Shown here: piece after piece, positions 11,724-20,000 of the stretch | Numbering within the stretch: position 1 is the first letter of the stretch | Layout: every line of letters begins with the position of its first letter | From: Catajapyx aquilonaris | Lineage: Eukaryota | Assembly (NCBI GenBank): GCA_000934665.2 | Contig: JYFJ02001879.1 | Location: 47,428-67,427 of the forward strand | Direction: 5' to 3' | Length of the DNA: 20,000 nucleotides | The notes under the pieces: model-generated | The model's input: the letters and a program-made list of their open reading frames with translations, nothing else | What the model was told of the DNA's origin: nothing | Databases searched by the model: none | Made by a program: the position numbers and the translations under genes

Positions 11724-11952
11724 CTAGCAAAAAAAAACATTCCTTTTGCTAATAATATCTGATGCTAATATTCTCGCCATTTTTTGCAAATTAGCACTAT
11801 CCGGTCATAAATTTTTTTCTCAATATAATTATTGTTAATGAAATCACAATAGTAGCATAATTGTTGGCTCAAATATTACTAACACTAAAATATGTGATCT
11901 TACATCATAAACAGGTTCTTAGCACAAGGATCGCTAATTTTTTTTTTGCTAG
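11724..11952. mobile_element. MITE-like non-autonomous element with imperfect terminal inverted repeats
   Basis: Left end ctagcaaaaaaaaa...ttccttttgctaa mirrors right end ttagcacaaggat...ttttttttttgctag. Internal aatattctcgcca mirrors tggctcaaatatt. About 230 bp, non-coding. Confidence 0.55.
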
Positions 11953-12176
11953 TTCCTTGATTGGATGGGCATACTTTTAAGGGAAAGGTCTACACAGTGC
12001 GTATTAAGTATATCTAACTACTTTTTTTCACTATATGGGCCGGTTTTGTCTTTAGAGACGAATAGAAAGCTGGCCATATACTGACCAACCTCATTGGCTG
12101 TCCGCTCACCCAGTTCATACATGTTGTTGCGTTAGACACGAGAGGACGTGTAGTGTCTTCAATCGAACTGTGCGAG

Positions 12177-13937
12177 ATGGAGTTGAAAACAAAGTCTGGC
12201 CTATTGAAAGCATGGGATCGGCCATTTCGTCTAGAACAATTGCAAAAATTGATTGCATTGTACGAAGACAACATATCCACACTGATTGAATGTCTTCAGT
12301 CCGATTATGGCATGGTAAGTACACACACGATTCTAGTTACAAAAATCAGTAACTAAGTGTAATTTATTGTAGGGATCATACGCTCACCATATAAGGTCGC
12401 TGATTAGCGAGGTCAAAGAGTGTATCAGGAACTTCCATATTACAAACACCAAACGGACATCTGGACACTGGATGTCCAAACAAATTGTGACAGAAAAGCA
12501 TGAAGCGGCAGGATTGGTACTGATTGTGTCAGATAGCAATTACCCATTGCCACTCTGTTTGTTGTCATTGCCTGCAGCCATTGCTGCCGGAAATATGGTG
12601 GTCATCAAGCCATCGTTATGTACACCGGAGTTCAACAAAAAAATGGAGTACTTGATGTCGCAATGTTTGGACCAGGTTGGTGACACTGATAATTTAAAAT
12701 AATTTAAAATAAATTTATTCCGAACAATTTTTGAAGGACTGCTACCGGATAGTGTTGGACTTGTCTGTACCGGACGTTCTGGCCTGCCGTTTTGATCATA
12801 TCCTGTGCATGGGAAATGCGAAATTCGTACGTGTTGTGTACGGTGCAGCGCAGGAGCAACTGGTACCCGTGACGATCGTAACAAACGGAAAAAAGTACGT
12901 AGGATTTTATTAATCATTCAGAAAAATATTGTTGCCATAATATTTTGAGCGTAAAAGCAAATATTGTTGCCAACTTAATAGCCCCGTGTATGTGGACGAC
13001 ACCTGCTGTATTGAAGATGCTACAAGGCAAATCATACATGCCAAAATGTCCAGCTTGAGTCAACCGTGTAAGTCACCCGATTACATCATGTGTACTGAGC
13101 CTGTCCGGAACAAAATTGTGGACGAGGCTACCAGAATTTTGGGACAATCAGACACATTCGTACGAATAGCAAGCGAGGACAATTTCAGGTTGGTATAACT
13201 GGAGAGCTTACCATGCTAATGTACTGATACATGTGTTTCAGACAATTGAAGCGGCTTTTGGGTGACACAAAAGGACATGTGATTGGCGGACAGTTCGACG
13301 AAGGACAACGAATGTCGCTCACAATTGTCACGGGTGTCACAAAAGATGATCCGCTTTGGACAGAAGAGTTTGTGGGTCCTCTACTTCCGGTGATTACAGT
13401 GGCCAACGCCTACGACGCCATATCGTTTGTTCGTAACAAGTCAGTCAACGACACTTAAACTGACAAATACAATTTACTAAACGAGCATACTTTTCAGGCA
13501 ATGTATGGGAACATTTTGGCCTGACCATACGTTAAAACCGCTGGCATTTTACGCTTTCACGACCAAGCGGTTGACACAGATGCGTCTGATGGATGGTATT
13601 GTGGCGCAGAGAATTTTTTTCAATACAATACAAGCCATAGGTAAGTACTTAGTTACCATGGTACTTACCTCAAGTAATATAACACTGCTTTACAGACTGC
13701 GACACCGAGGCTGCTAGAGGACTGATCACAAGTGGACAAAACGCATTTGACATGTTCAGCAGAAGCAAAGTTGTGTATCGATGCGTACCTGAACCTCTAC
13801 CTTCCTTAGAGCACGATAAGTCAAACACTAATAATCGGAAATGGCAAATTTTACCTGCTAACATACCTGTTGCTTTCAATTTGAAGATTGTGGCTGTTGC
13901 TTTGTTGGTTCTATTCCTGGCCCAAATGTTTGGATAA
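12177..13937 (+). CDS. ALDH3: Divergent ALDH3-family protein, paralogue 2, >=7 exons, ~462 aa, C-terminal TM anchor (5' start uncertain)
   Basis: Exons 12177-12314, 12373-12675, 12737-12894, 12982-13188, 13242-13439, 13498-13640, 13696-13937. GT-AG introns, 1389 nt in frame. Motifs: FRLEQLQKL, VLIVSDSNYP, AAIAAGNMVVIKPS, PVTIVTNGKNPVYVD, QPCKSPDYIMC, EEFVGPLLPV, KPLAFYAF. Tail IVAVALLVLFLAQMFG. The frame is open upstream of ATG 12177 to a possible acceptor at 12135, so an extra 5' exon is possible. Confidence 0.88.
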
Positions 13938-14286
13938 AAAATGTTAAGTTCGACCAAATTTATTGAGATGTGTCATAATGTTTATTATGCTAATTGACAT
14001 TGATGGCTGTCAAATTAGTACGCTTTAGAGGCTATTTGTCAGGTTTGTAAATTGATATTAAAAAATATTATTCGTAAAGTGCTTAAGAGGTGGTCATTAA
14101 TTTCAATTTATTTCTAACGTTGATTACAGATTTGCATAAATATTAAAGTCACAACTGAATTAACAGGTGATTTTCAATACAGTATTTTTTTATAAAATCG
14201 TGGGATTACTTTAACAGAAAATTGACTTCATTATCAGAGAGGATGACACTAATGTAACTATGCAAATGCAAATGTATTCTATTGTG

Positions 14287-16110
14287 CTACACGATAGTGA
14301 GCCCAAAAATACCTACCAATGACACAAGTATTAGACCCACAGCCACTTTCATAACACCAAAATCACTGGATGGTACCAATTGTGATAGGCCGTCACCAGA
14401 AAATCCAGACTTGATCCAAGAATCTCGATGAGAAATCTTGATTCTCGTGAGCAACTTGTAGGCCTCTTCTCCTCTTATCACGTACATTTCGCTCGGAAGT
14501 GCGGAACTCTTTGAATCCACTGTTACAATACATTTTAGATCATTAGATTTCACATTGGATTTTTGTCTGTAAAAACATGCATACATACCGGTTGTGTCGT
14601 TGAATCGTATCATGTCCGATGGAATTGTCTGTAACATTCTGATACAAGGTATTCGCTTACTGATAAATGCGTAAGTCACCATCGCTCTCAGCTTGTAATC
14701 AGGCCATGTGGAATCTGTTACCTGCCTGTAATTAAATACCACAGTAAGCTTCTTACTCAACAAGACATGTCAATAAGTCACCCACATCTTTCGGATCTGA
14801 ATCATTGCGTCATATGAAGTGATCACAGTCGTAATAGGCAGGATGGGCCCTGAGAAATTTTGAGTCAAAAGCGGATCATCTTTAGGGACGTCAACAACAA
14901 CAGTCAGTGCCATTTGTCTACTATTGTCGTCCACATCTCCACCAATGACAATCCGACCTTTTGTGGACCGCAGAAGTGTCTTCAATTGGCTGCAAATTAA
15001 TTTATTAGCATCTTAATTTGCAGGTTACAGGATATCACCTACGTAAACTGGTCCTCCGAATGTATGTGGCAGAAATGGGGTTTACCATAGCCCATTTCCT
15101 TCATCATGGCCACAATTTTGTCCTGCAATGTGGCAGAACACAACACATAGTCTGGAGCTATGATGGGATACCTCAAATTAAGCAGCTTTTTCTGAAAGAT
15201 GAACTTGGCTGTTGCCTGGACATCACAAGATTCGTCCACAAAAACAGGGCTAAAGAGGACAAAAGACATTTGGTATTATCACATTGCGTAATTTATAACT
15301 CCACACCTACTTCTTTCCTCTGATACAACCAGTCACCGGAACACAATCGTTGTAAGCAGCCTTGTAGACCTTCCGACCCAACTTCTCCTTACCCATGTAC
15401 ACGACATGATCGTAGCTGAATGTCAAAAGCTTGTCCAGAAGTGATTCGTCGCCATGGACGACGTGAAAACAATTCTGAAAGCAAATGCTGGTAAGTACAC
15501 AAATAATTCTGGGCGTCGAAAGTGCTCACCTCATCAAGATACTTGGGAATTAATTCGGCAAACTTCGTTGAGGAAAGTGGAGTGACCTGCGAGGGTTTGA
15601 CAATGACTGTGTTCCCTGCAGCAATGGCAGCAGGAAGAGGTAAGAGGGACAGGTACAAAGGATAACAATCGTCTGCTACTATCAGCACCACTCCTACACC
15701 TTCCCGCTTTTGGGTGACCATACTGTTGGAAAATATGGTTTTGGTGACACGTTCAGTCCTGGTCCATTCATCGATGTGACTGATGCTGTCCTTAATTTCT
15801 GCGATCAGGTAGTCGATGTCCTTAAAGTCTTCCTTCTGCGTACAGTACATGTTAAGCAATGCAGTAAATTGTCACATGTTGCTACCTACTGCGTGATAGT
15901 CGCCTTGAAGACAGTCCATCAGAACATCTTTGTTTTCGCAGCAAAGTTGTAACAGTTTTGTCAGCTGAATGCGACGAAATTCAGCTGAACTTAACTTTCC
16001 AACATTTCCTTTATGGCGTGCCGCTTCCACCACCTGCAAGTAATTAAACTAATAATTAGACTAGGCCTAATAAAGTTAATTACTGATCGTACCTTAACTG
16101 CTTGATCCAT
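14287..16110 (-). CDS. ALDH3: Divergent ALDH3-family protein lacking catalytic Cys, paralogue 3, 8 exons, ~470 aa, C-terminal TM anchor
   Basis: Minus-strand exons 16110-16093, 16033-15890, 15835-15530, 15474-15311, 15249-15043, 14989-14786, 14725-14589, 14519-14287. GT-AG introns, 1413 nt in frame. Motifs: GVVLIVADDCYP, AAIAAGNTVIVKPSQ, ELIPKYLDE, PVTGCIRGKNPVFVD, YPIIAPDYVLC, QNFSGPILPI. Tail VAVGLILVSLVGIFGLTIV. Confidence 0.9.
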
Positions 16111-16163
16111 GTTTGTGAAGAGATAATCCGGAGTGTAATGAAGTAGTTGGAAAAATGTCCTTC

Positions 16164-16171
16164 TATTTATA
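16164..16171 (-). promoter_or_regulatory. Candidate TATA box of paralogue 3
   Basis: TATAAATA on the minus strand ~55 nt upstream of ATG 16110. A similarly placed motif occurs upstream of paralogue 4. Confidence 0.45.
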
Positions 16172-17452
16172 CCATGTTCATTACCATACAGCTGCTTTAC
16201 CCTTCACACGAAATCACGAAAACTCACTGATTGTTGGATCCTTGAGGCGAAATATGCGAATTGTTCATGTATCATACAGTATGTGGTAATAAACTGGTTG
16301 CAAAACTGGCACTCTTCACATGGACATGCAAATTTTAGATTGCTATTTACGCGGATTAAGCAAGATTGCAGCATGTCAAAGCATATTCATGGTGGTAATT
16401 TGGATGTTGTGCAAGTTTGGACGTACACGATGACTATGGTAACGCGTGTATCGCAGGTAGTTCCATCTCCCACTTCCGGAATATTATATTCTCCGGCGTT
16501 CACATATTATTTACAGTAGAGGGAAAGGGTTTATTTACGTCACTCTATCCGTGGTTACCACAGACAAATTTGCATAAATTACGTGTGCTTCTTACTCTCT
16601 ACTTTTGACAGGAAATAATTCTTGTACGGTTTATTAATTGGAGTCACTACTAATTACAAAAATATTTTGATATACATCGGTTTTTAAAATAACTCTCTTT
16701 TAAAATGTTCACTGGTTTAAAATAAGCAGATTTTCTCAAAAATTGATAACAATTTGCGTTGCAACGTATTTTGTTTCCGCTACAATATATTTTCATATGG
16801 CGCTGAATATTCTCACGGCCTCGCCTTTTTGAGAAGTGCGTGAGGACTTAATTGGTTTCATGAAGAAAGTGTTCCTAATTTAGGGCTTACATAAAGGTAT
16901 AATCTGAATTGCGGGCACTTAAATTGGCCCAATGAAAAACTCCTCCTTCTAATTACGACATATAGTGAGAAAATGCAAGTCTTTTCACTTCTAGCCTCTG
17001 CACCAAAAAGAAATAAAGTTACACCCATTACCTCTAGATCTAAGAGAGACAAGTGTGCCTGTTGACCTCTGAACAAAATATATTGGGAATTTGTATGATG
17101 TCAAGGAGGTCACAAACATATGAAACTTTTGATGTTGATTCGTGTTCCAATTTTTATGAAAACATTCAAGCTGAACACTGTGGTAATGAATTAGATTCAA
17201 TAACGAAGTTTGAAGCCTGTTCATATTTTATTGATCATTATACACTCATTGTACAGCACATAAGAGTATCTAAAATCAAGTGACTATCACATGCAAAATA
17301 ATCCAGGATAATAATATATTATTATCTCTGTTACTAGGATTTTGTAAGATACTGCTATTTCTTTACCAGAAAACTAACATGACCATCCATCGATTTTGAC
17401 CCAAGTGTGTCTATTGATTGTTCTACAGATATGAAGGGTTATAGGTTACATT

Positions 17453-19309
17453 CTACATGACCTTGAGCCCAAAAAAGCCTGCCATGGTCATCAGTGTCAC
17501 ACCCACCACCACTTTCATGACACCAGGATCACTGAACGACGACTGCACAAACTTGCATACACCATCTCCTATCAATTCCGACTTGATCCAAGAATCTCGG
17601 TGGGAAACCTTGATTCGCGTGAGCAACTTGAAGGCCTCTTCTCCTCTTATCACGCAAATTTCGTTCGGAAGTGCGGAATCCTTTGCTTCTCCTGTTGGAG
17701 TACAAATATCGTGAGGACTAGCCTTAATTTTCTTGTAAAAAGCTATACATACCCGTGGTGTCCATAAATCTTATTGTGTCAGACGGAATTATTTGCAACA
17801 TTCTGACACGTGATATTCGCCTATTAGTGAAAGCATAAGTGACCGTCGGACGCAACTTGTAATCTCTCCAGCTGGACTCTGTTTTCTGCCTGCAAGACCA
17901 TATCAAAATTAGGCTTATTACTAATCAAGTGGTTGTGAATTAGACTTACATTTTGTCGATCACAAGAATTGCGTCGTATAAAGTGAGTACTGTCGAGATC
18001 GGCAGTATAGGTCCTGAGAAATCTTGAGTCATAAGCGGATCATCTATAGGGACGTCAGCCACAACAGTCAGTGCAATTTGTCTGCTATTGTCGTCCACAT
18101 CTCCGCCAATGACAATCCGTCCTTTGGTGGACCGCAGAAGATTCTTCAGATGGCTGCAAATTTAGAGAGGGTGTTTAATTAGCAGCTTAATTGCAGATTA
18201 AAGCATATCACCTACGTAAACTGGTCCTCCGAATGTGTGTGGTGAAAATGTGGTTTCCCGGAGCCCATTTCTTTCATCGTGGCAACAATTCTGTCCTGCA
18301 ATGTGGCCGAACACAACACGTAGTCTGGAGCTGTGGTCGGATACTTCAAATTCAGTTTCTTCTTCTGAAAGATGAACTTGGCGGCTTCCTGGATGTCACA
18401 AGATTCGTCCACGAAGACAGGACTGCATGGAGAGGACAAAAGACATATTTGGTTTTGTTCAAATAGTGAAAGTCCAAACCTACTTCTTTCCTCTGATACA
18501 ACCAGTCACTGGAACACAACCATTGTAAGCAGCCTCGTAGACATTCCGACTCAGCTTCTCCCTGCCCATGTACACTATGTGATCATAGTTGAATCTCAAA
18601 AGCTTCTCCAGATGTGAAGAGTCGCCAGGGACGACATGAAAACAATTCTGAAACCAAATCCATAAGTCCACAAAATAATTATGAGTGTCTAAAGTGCTCA
18701 CCTCATCAAGATACTTCGGTATTAATTCGGCAAACTTCTTTGAGGAAAGTGGAGTGATCTGCGAGGGTTTGACAATGACGGAGTTTCCAGCAGCAATGGC
18801 AGCAGGAAGAGGCAAAAGGGACAGGTACAAAGGATAACAATCGTCTGCTACGATCAACACCACTCCTACACCTTCCCGCTTTTGGGTGACCACATTGTTG
18901 GAAAACATGCTTCCGGAGAGGTTTTCAGTCCTGGTCCATTTGTCGATGTGACTGATGCTGTCCTTAATTTCTGCTATCAGATAGTCGATGTCCTTCAAGT
19001 CTTCCTTCTGCGTACAGTACAAGTCCATACTTAGCAATACAGTAAATAATTGTAATATGTTGCTACCTACCGCGCGATAATCGCGTTGAAGACAATCCAT
19101 CAGAACGTCTTTGTTTTCGCAGAGAAGTTGTAACAGTTTTGTCAGCTGTACCCGACGAAATTTAGGAGAATGCAGATTCATTATATTTCCTTTACGACGT
19201 GCGGCTGTAATAGCCTGCAAATTAATAATACAAGACAGTAATAAATGAGGTTTAAATATGCATTGTTGTCATGCTCTGATGTGTTTCTTACCTTTATTGC
19301 CGGATCCAT
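17453..19309 (-). CDS. ALDH3: Divergent ALDH3-family protein lacking catalytic Cys, paralogue 4 (closest to paralogue 3), 8 exons, ~472 aa, C-terminal TM anchor
   Basis: Minus-strand exons 19309-19292, 19214-19071, 19007-18702, 18647-18484, 18422-18216, 18153-17950, 17889-17753, 17691-17453. GT-AG introns, 1419 nt in frame. The first seven exon lengths are identical to paralogue 3. Motifs: DDCYP, AAIAAGNSVIVKPSQ, PVTGCIRGKNPVFVD, YPTTAPDYVLC, QDFSGPILPI. Tail VVVGVTLMTMAGFFGLKVM. Confidence 0.9.
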
Positions 19310-19354
19310 GGTTGAAATGCCTGAAGTAAATCATAAATGAAGACGTATACTGTG

Positions 19355-19362
19355 TTTATATA
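19355..19362 (-). promoter_or_regulatory. Candidate TATA box of paralogue 4
   Basis: TATATAAA on the minus strand ~45 nt upstream of ATG 19309. Confidence 0.45.
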
Positions 19363-20000
19363 GGTGCACGCACCACTTCATTAGCATATTATATTAAGCA
19401 GTCTGTTGCCTTTGTTCCCATGAAACGCCCTGATCATGCCCTCCTCGAACCAGAATCAGCGTTGTGAATATTGCTCAACTGCGGTGCATGAGGAAATGAA
19501 TATGTTATATAACAGATGCAACATCTCTAGCTGAACCATGCGAATGATATTTTTTATTTAATTATGCATGAATAGATTGAGCAACAGAGATACTACCGAA
19601 AACCTTCTTTTGAGTTGGTTGAATAAAATTCCAACGGATGATGATATTACGTATATTGTGTTATGCAAGCTGTGCAAGCTCGCATTTGGAAATACAAACT
19701 CTAATATTGTAGAGTGTCTATCATGACTGTGTACTTATTTACGTCGTACGTTGAAAGCGGTTTTATACTTATATACCGTAGTCTTACTCGTATTTGCATT
19801 TTTATAAGTAAGTGATTATAACCTATCCTATACACTAATACATTATGAATCAAAATTTATTCTGCCTATTATGCGTCAACAACTGCTGTCAACAACACCG
19901 CCCGTCGCAAGTTCTGGGTGTTCCTGCTCCATCATGGCCAATACACCGTCGCCTGGGAGACTGCTGTCAACAACACCGTCCGGTGAGATAGAGTCTGCCT

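Noticed and set aside
16283..17283. Several 60-80 aa ORFs between paralogues 3 and 4
   Set aside because: No homology cues, codon bias or consistent splice structure; expected by chance.
12014..18617. Antisense ORFs overlapping ALDH exons (e.g. 12540-12917, 15018-15323, 18191-18466)
   Set aside because: Shadow ORFs. The similarity between 15018-15323 and 18191-18466 simply reflects the gene duplication.
18480..19220. 246-aa ORF as a single exon, and likewise the 158-aa ORF at 14287-14763
   Set aside because: They read through short stop-free in-frame introns (63 and 54 nt; 69 nt). The homologous introns in the sister paralogue contain stops or shift frame, so conserved intron retention is unsupported.
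6341..19309. Fragmented ALDH ORFs read as pseudogenes or frameshifted prokaryotic genes
   Set aside because: Every break coincides with a GT-AG intron at a shared position and phase, and the spliced ORFs are complete.

Overview
AT-rich eukaryotic genomic DNA, probably from an invertebrate animal (organism not identifiable from sequence alone), with mostly short (~50-100 nt) GT-AG introns. The main content is a cluster of four spliced, uninterrupted paralogues of aldehyde dehydrogenase family 3 (fatty-aldehyde-dehydrogenase/ALDH3A2-like, each with a C-terminal hydrophobic anchor). Two are on + (6341-9247, ~12177-13937) and two on - (16110-14287, 19309-17453), and they share intron positions and phases. 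All four splice into complete ~460-480 aa ORFs, yet the catalytic and NAD-binding motifs are heavily altered. ELGGK Glu, TGS and PFGG are lost in all four. The catalytic Cys is lost in the two minus-strand copies, which instead carry Cys at the positions of the oxyanion Asn and the ELGG Glu. This looks like a conserved pseudoenzyme or neofunctionalised ALDH3 subfamily. The first ~2.4 kb holds GC-rich, coding-like minus-strand blocks of unknown origin. Intergenic DNA carries AT-rich minisatellites, a 93-bp palindrome, a four-hairpin cassette and a MITE-like element. All gene models and alignments were made by eye.
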